Shown here in pieces: positions 23,269 through 34,622 of a DNA stretch of 64,000 nucleotides (within the stretch, counting starts at the first letter, position 1; each line of letters starts with the position of its first letter). A program made the translations under genes and the position numbers. Source of the stretch: Lobosporangium transversale. Its lineage: Eukaryota. The notes under the pieces are model-generated. The model saw only the letters and a program-made list of their open reading frames with translations, searched no databases and had not been told where the DNA came from. The stretch is from contig NW_019029018.1 of NCBI RefSeq assembly GCF_002105155.1, positions 1 to 64,000 of the forward strand, in the 5' to 3' direction.

Positions 23269-25437
23269 ATGTCCAAAACACGCAGCTCAAGAAAGGAGAT
23301 TGACTGGAATGAAGTGATCAGTGTTTCTCGAAAAGGTGCAGGATATCTTATCTCACTGTCAGGAAGACTAGAATTTAATCCTTGTGACTACATTGCGTTT
23401 AGAGGTCTTCGAAGAGAAAAAACATTACTTCTACGACTACGACAGGAATGGGATCAATGGATACGTGACCTTAAGAAGAGCAAAGTTGCCAAAGTTAGAG
23501 AAGCGGCCATTAATGCCCCACGGATGACAAATCAACATTTGGATGAATATTATTGCGAACGCTTAATTGTTGGGCGTGAGTGGTCCGTTCTCCACAACTC
23601 TATCGAACAGCTTGATAATGCCGATCAAAGAGTCACTGAGAGCTTAAAGATACGCAATGGTAAGTAACAGCAAAATGATGGCTAATATTTTTTGGTACTC
23701 TATTAATTCCATTTGTTTTTCCTATGAATATAGCCAAGAGAAAGCAAGTACCTCAAAATATTGAGTCATTAGAAACATCGCCTCGTAACGCTCCTTCCCC
23801 TGTGGTACTTATTCCGGCATCAAAACCCCCCTCAAGCAAGAGAATCAGATTTGTAGACGAGGAGCTTGCCTCACAATCCTCAAAAAGTGATTTAGATTAT
23901 GTTGTCTCGGATCCATCAGACCGATCATCACCAAGATCTTCATTAAACTCTATTGATTTCCATTATATAAACCACCTCGTTGGACCCGGATCCACCTCAT
24001 CACAATTACATACATCGGCTCGACTTGTGATTGGAACTACAGATGTGTCACAGATATTAATGAATGCTCGGAAGGAGATTGTAAAACGTCAGAGCGAACT
24101 GGAAAACACCTCTGATATTTTGTAAGTGAAAGCAAGAAATAAATGCCATTCTACAATACTGGCTGGGCTCTTGTTCGATAATCGAATGAAATTCGAATGC
24201 ATATTGAAAGGGTGAAAAAAAAAAAATTTACAGTGCATTCGAATTCTATTCGATTGTCGAATTAGAGACCTGAATATTGTCACTAATATTAATCTATTAC
24301 TAATATCCACAAAGGTCCCTCAACTTTATATTTGACACTGAGTTTCTAAAAAAACATCTTCCTGTCAAAGTTTTCACCAAGATGTCACCAATATTTATCC
24401 TTACCCCAGAAAAGAAGGAGATCGAAATTCTATCAGAATGTGCTATGTTTGCAGCGACTCATACATTTTTAGAAACAAAGAAATATGTTCGTGACATTTC
24501 TTCCTCAGAAGCCATGATTGAGGATGTGTTGGTCTCTTTTACCATTAGGCCAAGCCTTTGGCAGGATTCATCATTAGAGTTTATTACACAACAATCGCAG
24601 CAAAAAAATGAGGACACGTATACCCAAGCAATTGTCAAGAACATTATTACTGGCGTCTTTACAAATCTTGATATTGCGGATCACTGGTAATAACACTTAA
24701 CAATTTTGCTTCTTAGTTAATAGACTATTGATTATTAATTATATTTAAATGTTTAATCACTCGACTTAGGGGGAGGGACCCATTACCTTTGCCAACAGGG
24801 TTCGAGGAAAAATACTATCCTGACTATTATGCAGAGAGAAATGGTCATCCATTTATAGTTGTTGAGGTTAAAAAGCCAGGGGTACCTCATGATGCCCTAG
24901 ATAGTGACAAAAGGAAGCTACCATGTATGATGAAGCTTATGCTTGATAGACTGCTTTCAAATGGTGTTCCTAGCCCAGTGGTTCTTGGATTCCTTATCGG
25001 TGGTAGGTTCTTTTTAAAGACAAATTAAAACGGAGTCTTAATATAAATATTAATGGATATCTTTCAATTTTATAAGCTTCAAGCTGCAGAGTTGTTCATT
25101 TATCACTCGAATCCGAAGCTGTATATCTATATAGGGATATTGGTGTATTTGATCTCCCGAGAAATAACCTTCAATTAGGATTGCTTCTTCCCGCACTTGG
25201 GCCACTAATATCCGTCAAGGTGAGTGACATTGCAGTTTCATCGTAATTTGTTGGCGACTTTAATGAGTATTGAGTCAAATGTTATAATTAAAATAGGAGC
25301 TTGCAGTGGGTATGATATCAAAAATTGATAATCTCACAAGCCCAGAAGATACAACAATGAAATGGCGACGTCGCTCCTATTACATATCCGGAGTAAGGAT
25401 TCCTGCTCCATTGCCATCAACCGTGGAACGGAACTAA
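23269..25437 (+). CDS. Intact 6-exon gene, 555 aa, with a C-terminal PD-(D/E)XK restriction-endonuclease-fold domain
   Basis: Exons 23269-23659, 23734-24121, 24315-24686, 24770-25002, 25077-25219 and 25297-25437. All introns are GT-AG and the exons total 1668 nt in frame. Motif YYPDY..FIVVEVKKP..D..KL. Confidence 0.8.
24165..24272. mobile_element. ~100-bp palindromic MITE, copy 2, in intron 2 of the nuclease gene
   Basis: Same inverted-repeat sequence as 22868-22963. Confidence 0.7.
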
Positions 25438-25510
25438 ACAAGATATGATAAATAAGTGAATAGCTATAGTCTTAAGAGTTGAATATAATTATTGCATAAT
25501 CATCTGAGAG

Positions 25511-25795
25511 TGTTACGAACCTTACGAACAGCAAGCAATGTCGAGCTCATGAATTGAAGAATGACTTTTTGTCTGTTTCCAAACCGGAAAAAGACCACGT
25601 GTGCTAGATTGAGTAGTTCCTCCCTTATTTCTTCATTCCCTCATCCATAGTTTTTGTTCTGTCAGGCCAAATAACGTTTTATAGTTTCTAGCTCCGTGAA
25701 TAGCTTCAACGACTCTATAAAAGCTATAGACCAATGATTATGGCTCATGGTGCCAAGGAACCGTAGAATAAGAATGCGCCAGATATCTTCTTCGA
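25511..25795 (+). mobile_element. Degenerate LTR fragment of the Gypsy-A family
   Basis: Aligns by eye to LTR 29095-29370 (ACGAACAGCAAGCAATG..GCTCATGAATTGA..CCAGATATCTTC). Confidence 0.85.
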
Positions 25796-26730
25796 CTGCA
25801 TGGTTCAATCCTGTATACAATTTTTGGCTTGTTTGTCGGTGTATATGTATTTCTCTATTTTCTCTTCCAATTCTTCTGATATACCTAACTGAGCATAAGG
25901 GAATAAAATCACGTATATCACCTTAGTCCGCAGCTAATCTCAGCCGCAAGGAAGTGGTGATCAATCTGTTGAAGACAAATTTCAAAGATGGCACATTTAT
26001 TCAAAAACATTTTTGAAAAGTACTCTCATAAAACTTCATTTATCCTTTATTTCTCAATAGCCTATGTACCCTCCCTTGTTATCGTAGTGCTTCCCTATCC
26101 TCCTGGACGTCTTTTAATAGAGGCCTTGGACTTCTTCTATATCAATCTTGGACTGTATGTCTAAGAAGCGGCTCCATAGATCTTCGAGTGATTTCGGCGC
26201 TGTTGGATTGCCTTCTAGTTCTCAATTGATATGCACTGAGATGTTTGCATTTATAGAGCGAAAGAGGATAGTATTTATGATATTTTGAATAGGTGTTAGA
26301 GTGAGCTTATCAACTTTCTAGAACCTTCCAGCGATATCTATAAATCAGCGAGGCCTAGAATATTCTGGAAGGCTACATGTAGTTGTTGAGAATAAATGGC
26401 ACTAAGATAGCCTCAGTAAATGGAAAGGTGTAAAGACATTGGTGGAAAACCGAAAATTACCGAATTATGTTATCACTTTTTTGCTTGACTGTATTATCAT
26501 ATGACTAAAATGTCACAATGGCGTCAGAAAAACGACATGTGATTCGAGTATTAGACATCTCTATTCCCACGGTACTCCTTTTTTTTTTCGTTCTCTTCCC
26601 ATATATTATATCGGATTTCTCACTTCTTCTTTTCATTTCCTTTTTTCTACTTCATCTCGTTTATTTTTATCATCTTTTTCATCCTCTCATAAACTCATTC
26701 ACATTCATCTTTATTAAAAAAATAACACCA

Positions 26731-27911
26731 ATGCCAAAAGTGAATACTACTATCAACACTGGCGAAAGGGCTAACCCCTATTCCCGGAATGGACAAGCTG
26801 TGCGGACAGCAGCCAAGCGGGTAACAGGAGCGTCTGGTGAGTGCTCTCAACAAGGCCCTGGTTTTTAAATGTATTTGGGTAGAGTGTAAACGAACAAGAA
26901 TATTAACTTTAATCACTCTATCTCTTTTGTAATAATCGCTCTCTAAAAAAAGCACCTCAAACCATGACTGGTGCAGGTAGCTCTGGCGCCCTTGAGGATT
27001 CGATCCTAGAACCAAAAGCTGTAGGGCAAGCTACAGTAAATGGTGATGTCTCGGCTCCCAACTCGGAAAGGAGAGCCAAGGTGCTACCGTATAGGGGAAA
27101 TACATCGAGTATCTGTCTTTACCACACTATCATTGAGGTTGCTCGCCAGCTTCGAAATAGTGGTAAAGATATCAAGAATCTCGATGTATTGACTGCCCCT
27201 CCGGGTAGCGTCTTCCCTGTGGTCGGGTTGCGGCATCTTTATATCAGAGACGAATATAAAGAGCTTTACGACCTTGCCACGTCCAGATACAAAACCTCCC
27301 GTACAACAAACCATACGAAGCCCTATGTTGTCACGGGAATGTCTGGGATTGGGAAATCGGCCTTCTTGGTCTATTTCGCCGTCCGCCTTCTTGCAGAACA
27401 CGACGAGAATAGTCCACCGACTATTGTTTTCCAGGAGGAAAAGAGTAACGGGTGCTATGTCTACGTAGGAACGACTGGCATGCGTTACGGAGATCCATGC
27501 CTATTCAGAACTGTCCTAGAACAGCCTGAAACATGGCATCTACTTGATGGCGGTGGTAGACCTTTACCAAGCCATGCTAGGACGATAATAACGCCACCGT
27601 CTAGGACTCTCAAGGTCCAGTACGGTACGATGGAGGGTCATTATTGTCCCTCTAGCTATTATCATATGTCGCCTTGGAGCCTTCGCGAGCTTCAAGACTG
27701 TAGAGACAGGGTGAAGTGCTTTCATACAGTGAAAGATTCACTTTTGGCCGAGCTTGGCTCCAAATTGGGAGGTGCGCCAAGACACGCTCTACAGGCTCCA
27801 TCTGAAGCATTGTGTTCTGAACCAAACAATGTCTTCAGAGCTAAGAAGCGCGCGCTCAGGGTTTTTCTTGGGATCCGTGGGCGACACCAAGTAGCCAATG
27901 GATCTCGCTAG
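26731..27911 (+). pseudogene. Truncated Crinkler/RHS-type P-loop NTPase gene
   Basis: LYIRDEY, VTGMSGIGKS, WHLLDG, MSPWSLREL and GGAPR motifs. A short first exon probably starts at 26731. The C-terminal effector domain is missing. Confidence 0.7.
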
Positions 27912-28186
27912 CCTCCTAGCACCAGGGGGGGTGCCGAGCATCTATTGAAGCCGTTTATTGCATGGATAGCCTCCTGGTCAACATGATCTTCACCTGATAT
28001 AGACATCATCCTGGGATCGGATCATAGCTTAGTGAAGCTGAATATATAGTTCATCACATTGTACATTTCTTTTTTTATTCCTTGGAGCGGGATATGTATA
28101 GAGCACTCTTACCTTACACTAATAAAGCTTCCATCTTCATCTGGGTCATTATTACGCACTGTGGTTCTGGCTTATCTCACTTAGAA

Positions 28187-28495
28187 CAGTGCCTAATCGA
28201 ACCAGTTGAATTGATTTTCACTGATATCGACTTCGATTCGAATGAGATAAGGATGTTAACGATCCGTCTATCAAAAGGATATCTAAATTCGAGTAGTTCG
28301 AGCTATTCGACCCATTCGATACTCACGTAATTGAATATTTTTTTTTTATTTTATAATAATGACATACTGACCTTGGCTGCGTTACGCGCAGCAATGCTAC
28401 GTCTTACGAGCTCTTCTAACATTCGAGCCACTTGAGCCAATCGATACTCAAAACATTCGGACCATTCGACACTCGAATTATCAAAAGATCTGGAA
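28187..28495 (+). mobile_element. Terminal fragment of a hAT-family element
   Basis: Starts CAGTGCCTAATCG (compare hAT TIR CAGTGCTCCTAATCG) and carries many TTCGA/TCGAA subterminal motifs. Confidence 0.6.
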
Positions 28496-28950
28496 TGTAA
28501 CCTAAAGGCGACATACGTGTCACATTGTAGCAATAGTTGATAGTCTCAGTTCCTTTAAATAGCACTTACCTGAGATTTCAATAAAGATCACTCTTACTTC
28601 CACTTTCTATTACATGGTAGCAAAGGTTTTTTCGATTCATCCACCCCTTTGATAAAAATTATTTTTGCCTTCTGACCTGTTTTTCACAGCCTCGTGCCCT
28701 TGTTATTCCTGGCTCTTGACTTGTTTCTTTTCTCCTGTACCTGTGCCCTTGTTACATTTTGCGTGCATTCCTGCCCTGTTTTCATCATGCCCTCAAACAC
28801 TGCATCCACTGACGCCACTTCGTCGTTTTCATCCCCCGCCTCCACTACCATTGTTCTACCCCCTAATTTTCGTTTGCGCCAGCCTACAGTGCCGTTCATC
28901 TAGTCACGAAAAATTTTTCAGAAAAATTTGGCCTGAGGGAGAAGAGGAGT
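28496..28950 (+). mobile_element. Internally deleted LTR element: 119-bp LTR, PBS, short gag-like stub and PPT
   Basis: TGTAA...TTACA LTR at 28496-28614, followed directly by TGGTAGCAAAG (the same PBS as Gypsy-B and -C). Purine tract GAGGGAGAAGAGGAG at ~28935-28949. Confidence 0.6.
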
Positions 28951-28980
28951 AACACCCCAGTTATCAATCTCAGGTAAAAA

Positions 28981-29094
28981 GTATGGTGCATTTCGGTACT
29001 AATGCAATAAATTGCACTTTTGGACATTCATTCTCCTTTTTCTTTCTGTTTCTCATTCGTATTTGTCTCACCTCCATGGACTGTCATCACCATC
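28981..29094 (+). mobile_element. Degenerate TIR fragment of Tc1 family C
   Basis: Matches the reverse complement of 58200-58338. Confidence 0.7.
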
Positions 29095-30782
29095 TGTCAC
29101 GAACAGCAAGCAATGTCTAGCTCATGAATTGATGAATGACTTTTGTCTGATTCGAATCTGAAAAAGATCACGTGTGCTTGATTAATTTGTTCCGCTCATT
29201 TCCTTCACTCATTCCTCCATGCATAGTTTGCCTGTCAAGCCAAGTCGCGTCTCCTAGTTTTCTAGCTCCGTGAATAGCTCCAAGGATTCTAGAAGAGCTA
29301 TAAACCAATAACCAAGACTTATAGTGCCAAGGAACCTTGAAATAAGATTGCACCAGATATCTTCCTCGGATCCTGTGTATTAAGTTAACTCAACACTTGG
29401 AGTTCCGCATATGGTAAAAGTCCTTAGGAAATATTTGAGTAAGCTTTATTTAGAGTTCTTGAAGCGCGTCTCCGCTTCAGTCAAACAAGTATAAATATGA
29501 TAGATTTGTAACATAGTAAACCTCAGTCTGCAATAAAACTATTCTTGAATCTCCTAAGTTCATTCTTGTTCCTAAATCACTTACCTTCTCTTGCAATCGT
29601 CCTGTCAGTCCTTGACATTGCAGACTCTACACAATCCTTGTCTTGTCTCCCCCTAGTTCTCAATAAAAATATTTCCTTTTTCTTGTCCACTGTTTAACTA
29701 CACCTTTCCTTGTCCCTTACCTGTTCCACCATGTCACAGAACCCCCATCCAGAGATCTATACTCCGCGAGCCCTCGAAGAGCTTGCTCAAGACCCTAACG
29801 TGGATCCTCGCCAAGTTCTAGCACACCTACAATCCCACGCTGAGGCCGTTAGCGGCATGCAACAGCAAATCCAGAATATCCAAGGCATAATGAATCAACA
29901 ACATGCACAACTAAATAGCAATCCTGATCCTGCAGGGCTAATCACCCTCCGTAGTGCCATTGAAGCTCTTGCAGCACAACACCAGGAACAAAGGAGCATG
30001 CAGCGCACCTTTGAACGGGACATGCAGTCCATCTTAAACCGCCTTGCCAACGGGCCACCGCTCTCGCTGTACGAACTGCTGTTCCACAGCCTATCGCCTC
30101 TAAATTCAAGGGCAACAGTGAGGAGCTGTGTCTTTCCGACTTCCGTGCCCGCCTCCAAGTTGTTTTTGCCCGCTTCCCCGATGCCTTGTCCAGCGATGAG
30201 GACAAAATCAATTATTCCCTCCAGTGCCTAGATGGCGACGCATCTCGGCACTTCGCTCCATACATCAATGGAGAACTTGAGGATGTCTCTGGTGTCTTGA
30301 CTTCGTATGAAGTATTCATCGAAACCCTTGAAGAATTCTTTGGTGATCATCTTGAACAAGAAGACGTCGAGCACCAGCTATCCTGTATCCGCCAGTCAGG
30401 TTCCATGATCGAGTACGTGACAGAGTTCCGCCGCCTTGCTGCCCGCAGTGGTTGGAATGACCGAGCTCTCAAAGCTCGCTTCAAGAAAGGTCTGTCGAGC
30501 GAAATCCATGGCCTCCTGTTACCCCAATGGTCCAAGTTTAAGACTGTGCACGAGGTACAGACCTGCAAAAATCAAGGTAGTGTTCTAGGGGGATCTAAGG
30601 GTGCAATAAAGGTATCTTTATTCAGGGGGAACTATGCTACAGAACTAGATAGAAAAGTAGACCTATTTATACTAGTTAATATCCTGTTGCAAGGAATGCT
30701 CTAGAAATATGGGCGAAATACTATGTTGCACAAAATTATTATAGTGATTTCGCTTGCATCCTTCCCGTCATGAAGAAACCTA

Positions 30783-33700
30783 TTATCTTGTTTTTCTTGA
30801 AGCCTCAAAGACGGCAAGCGCCTCTTTAGCGTTTGCGAGCGAAGATTTTGTTTCCCAAGTGGCTTCATCTAATGGATAGCCTTTCCAAAGAACGAGCCAC
30901 TTAGGAGTTTTGCCAAACATTTTGAAGTCAATGATTTTGTCGACTTCATACTCCTCTTCTCCATCTACAAGCTCGGGGGCAGGGCGTGGTGGTAAGCGGT
31001 CGCCGAATTCACGAGGTGACTCAATATAGGGGCGAAGCAGATCGGCATTAAAGACTGGATGCTGATGCATGTCAGGCGGTAGTTCCAGCTTGTAGGCATT
31101 TTCATTGACCTTCGAAATGATCTTGTAAGGGCCTATGTACTCAGGTTCCAGTTTCTGCGACGGCCTATTTTTATGTCCCGCGACAGAGATGTTTTCCGAG
31201 CTTAAGAGCACCATGTCACCCACAGCAAACGTAGCAGGCCTGCGAGTTTTGTCCGCTTGGGCCTTTTGCCTATTCTGCGCTTCGATGATGGCATCCTGAG
31301 CTAGCGCCAAATTCATCGACTGGGTTCGAACAAAATCACTGACAGCCGGAACATTGGTATCAGGTGGCTTTAAAAGAGATCCAGGGACTAGTGGATGGTG
31401 ACCATAGTTCAGAAAGAATGGGGAGAAGCCTGTCGTAGGATTGACAGAGTTGTTGTATGCGAACTCCATCATAGGCAGTAAAAGATCCCAGTCGTTTTGC
31501 TTGTACGATATGTAAGAGCGGAGCATTTCTTCTAATGTTCTGTTGGCGCGCTCTGTTTGTCCGTCTGATTGTGGATGGAAGGCAGTAGACATGTTAAGTT
31601 TGGTGCCCATGAGCTTCATCAACGTTGTCCAGAACTTGCCGGTGAAACGTGAATCTCTGTCTGACACAATTGTCCGAGGCATGCCGTGCAGTCTAAAAAC
31701 ATTGTCGAAAAAGAGTCGTGCAACATCAGAGGCAGTGTCGGTAGTTCGGCTAGCGCAGAAATGAACTTGCTTGGACAGTTTGTCCACAAAGACCGTGATC
31801 GCGTCAAAACCTCTGGCTGTCTTCGGAAGCTTGACAATGAAGTCCATTGTTACAGTATCCCATCGTTGGCTTGGAATTGCCAAAGGTTGGAAAAGCCCTG
31901 CAGGAGGCTTTAGTGAAGGCTTGTTACGCTGGCATTGCTCACAGGAAGCAATGTATTTTTTTATATCCCTCGCCATGCGTGGCCAAAAATATGTTCGTCG
32001 CATGCTACTGTACGTTTTATCGAATCCCAAGTGGCCTGATATAGGAGCGTCGTGAGCGTCATGCAAGAGTTGTGAACGGAGTCCGTCGTCCTTGGGTATG
32101 CAGAGGCGAGGGCCTTGTCCAGCGTTGATCCAGAGTAGACCATCCACCACGAAGTAACGATCCGAGGTAGAGGCATCCTTATACTGATGCACGAGGGGAC
32201 CTAGAATTGGATCGTGTAGGTAGCAACTGGCTAGTTGTTTTCGAATGCCAGGGTCTAGATTGATATCCAAGGAGTTCAAAGTAGTAGGTGTAGCCTCCAA
32301 GTCCTTGAGGTCCGGTCTTCGTGAAAGAGCATCAGGGACGACGTTATCTTTACCAGGTTTATACTTGAATACGAAATCATACTCTTGAAGCAACTCCATC
32401 CATCTTGCTTGTCTGCGAGTCAAGTTCGGCTGGCTAGGAAAATGTTGTAGAGTGGCATGGTCGGTATAAACGACAAAGTGAGAACCATCAAGGTAGTATC
32501 GCCATGTCTTCAGAGCATGCACCACAGCCAGCAGTTCTTGTTCGTGTGTAGGATAGTTGCGTTCCGCTGGGTTGAGCTTGCGTGAAGTAAAAGCTACTGG
32601 TCGTGATTCACCATTTTGGTCCGTCTGGAACAGGACAGCACCAATTGCAAAGCCTGAAGCGTCTGTTTCGACTGCTGTAGAGAGGGCAGGATCGAATATC
32701 CTAAGAACTGGTGCTGAGCTCACTGCTCTTTTCAAAGTCTCAAAGGCGTCTTGTTGAGATTTTCCCCAGTGGAATTCCTTATTGCAGCCTAACAATTGTG
32801 TGAGGGGAAGAGCAATATCAGCGTAATGAGAAATGTACTGATGGTAAAAATTAGTCAAACCAAGGAATTGCATCACATGTCGTTGGGTTGTTGGTACTGG
32901 CCATTCCCTTATTGCCTTGACAAGTCCGCCATTCGTCTTGAGTCCATCCTTGGATATGACATGGCCTAGGAACTCAGTCTCTTCCTGCATGAAGGAATAC
33001 TTGGATAATTTACAATAAAGCCCAGCTTGACGCAAGAGGGAGAGTACTTTTCGGATGTGCTCTAAGTGATCTTTCTCGTTATCGGAGTAAATTAAAATAT
33101 CATCGAGATACACAACAACACATTTATCAAGAAGTGGATCAAGTACGTTACGCATCATAGTCGAGAACGCTGCAGGTGCATTTGTAAGACCGAAAGGTAC
33201 GACGTTAAACTCGTAGTGGCCATAGCGAGTTCGGAACGCGGTCTTGTGTTTATCATCAGGATGGACACGCATTTGATGATAGCCCGAGAGTAGATCCAGC
33301 TTGGTAAAACATTTAGCTGTTCTGAATCTGTCGATCAATTCATCGATCCGTGGTAAGGGGTACCTGTTTTTCTTTGTGATCTTGTTCAGGCCCCGATAAT
33401 CAACACACATTCGAAGCGAGCCATCCTTTTTCTTCACAAAGAGGACTGGAGCACCGTATGGTGAGGTGCTCGGTGAGATTAATCCTTTTTGTAAAAGATC
33501 AGTTAGCTGCTTCTTCAGTTCATCAAGCTCAGCGATCGACAATCTGATGACAGGTCGGACAGGTAGGTCAGCATAAGGGTCAGTCTCTATACGCATGCTA
33601 TCACCTCTGTCAGGGGGAAGGCCATCGGGAAGTGTTGTAGGAAAGACATCAGGGAATTCGACTTGAACGATTTGCTTGATAGAGTCCGGTAGTTCAGAAC

Positions 33701-34622
33701 TACTGCTAGAGACAGGTACTGGAACTCGAACTTGGGCGAGGAATACAGGGGCATCAGGTTCCGAGGCAACGGTAAGGAAGTTAAGAGCAGATATGACGGA
33801 AGATCGCTGTCTAGGCTTCCTGTCGATGCCAGTGCAAGGCCACAAGACCGGGGTACCTTGGTATTCAAAATGCAGATCATTTGTTCGCCAATTGATGCGA
33901 GGGTTGATATCCGTCAGCCATGGTTTACCCAAAATTAGGTCGTATTTGGATAGAGGATAAACAATGGCGTTGATTTTATCCTGATACGCGTTGCGGGCGA
34001 GGGTGAACGTGGCTGTGTGCTGAGCAATTGTCTCGGTACCGTTGGGAAGAATGGCAGGAATGGGTCTACCCTCAATTAGCGGAACATGTGTGTTCTCGCA
34101 GAAAGAGGAGCTTATGACATTGCCTTCGGCCCCTCCGTCTACAAGAATGCGCGCAGGTCGACCATTCACTGCTCCAATGAAAGTAAGAAGTCGGCGAGAG
34201 TTTTTATGTTTGTCATAGGTAAGGCTGAAGGATTGAAGGCGAATTTCGTTACGACAATGGGAGTGGCGATTGGATGAACTAGGGGTAGATGAATGAGTGG
34301 AAGTGAGTGAAGTGGAAACAGTGAAAGGATCAGTGGAGGGGAAAATAGGGTCGGAGAGGGGATTGTTTTTTAGCAATGAGGAATGAGTAGGGGAATGGGG
34401 ATCAGGATGAGGTGAATACTTAGAGAGTAGATGTAAGGAAGTAGATGCAGTGGGAGCAATAGAGTGATCAGAAAGGGGCATGGATGTTATATTTGTGCAC
34501 AAAGGATTTTTATTTGTAGTGATCAACTGTAGCTGACCACGCCCTCTATTATCCAGGGCTTGAAGGCTGGGGCTAGAGGGGGCGAGGCAGGCCTGGTTTA
34601 CTGCTCGCCCTCCTCTTTTCCC
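30783..34622 (-). CDS. pol: Gypsy-B Pol (PR-RT-RH-INT-chromodomain), reached by -1 frameshift
   Basis: LVDGGA, YLDD, TDAS, HHCC, DDE integrase, GPY and the chromodomain YEVDKI..WKGY..TWE. The frame is open back to the slippery site GGGAAAA at 34622-34616. Confidence 0.95.
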   Translation of the reverse strand, partial: GKRGGRAVNQACLAPSSPSLQALDNRGRGQLQLITTNKNPLCTNITSMPLSDHSIAPTASTSLHLLSKYSPHPDPHSPTHSSLLKNNPLSDPIFPSTDPFTVSTSLTSTHSSTPSSSNRHSHCRNEIRLQSFSLTYDKHKNSRRLLTFIGAVNGRPARILVDGGAEGNVISSSFCENTHVPLIEGRPIPAILPNGTETIAQHTATFTLARNAYQDKINAIVYPLSKYDLILGKPWLTDINPRINWRTNDLHFEYQGTPVLWPCTGIDRKPRQRSSVISALNFLTVASEPDAPVFLAQVRVPVPVSSSSSELPDSIKQIVQVEFPDVFPTTLPDGLPPDRGDSMRIETDPYADLPVRPVIRLSIAELDELKKQLTDLLQKGLISPSTSPYGAPVLFVKKKDGSLRMCVDYRGLNKITKKNRYPLPRIDELIDRFRTAKCFTKLDLLSGYHQMRVHPDDKHKTAFRTRYGHYEFNVVPFGLTNAPAAFSTMMRNVLDPLLDKCVVVYLDDILIYSDNEKDHLEHIRKVLSLLRQAGLYCKLSKYSFMQEETEFLGHVISKDGLKTNGGLVKAIREWPVPTTQRHVMQFLGLTNFYHQYISHYADIALPLTQLLGCNKEFHWGKSQQDAFETLKRAVSSAPVLRIFDPALSTAVETDASGFAIGAVLFQTDQNGESRPVAFTSRKLNPAERNYPTHEQELLAVVHALKTWRYYLDGSHFVVYTDHATLQHFPSQPNLTRRQARWMELLQEYDFVFKYKPGKDNVVPDALSRRPDLKDLEATPTTLNSLDINLDPGIRKQLASCYLHDPILGPLVHQYKDASTSDRYFVVDGLLWINAGQGPRLCIPKDDGLRSQLLHDAHDAPISGHLGFDKTYSSMRRTYFWPRMARDIKKYIASCEQCQRNKPSLKPPAGLFQPLAIPSQRWDTVTMDFIVKLPKTARGFDAITVFVDKLSKQVHFCASRTTDTASDVARLFFDNVFRLHGMPRTIVSDRDSRFTGKFWTTLMKLMGTKLNMSTAFHPQSDGQTERANRTLEEMLRSYISYKQNDWDLLLPMMEFAYNNSVNPTTGFSPFFLNYGHHPLVPGSLLKPPDTNVPAVSDFVRTQSMNLALAQDAIIEAQNRQKAQADKTRRPATFAVGDMVLLSSENISVAGHKNRPSQKLEPEYIGPYKIISKVNENAYKLELPPDMHQHPVFNADLLRPYIESPREFGDRLPPRPAPELVDGEEEYEVDKIIDFKMFGKTPKWLVLWKGYPLDEATWETKSSLANAKEALAVFEASRKTR

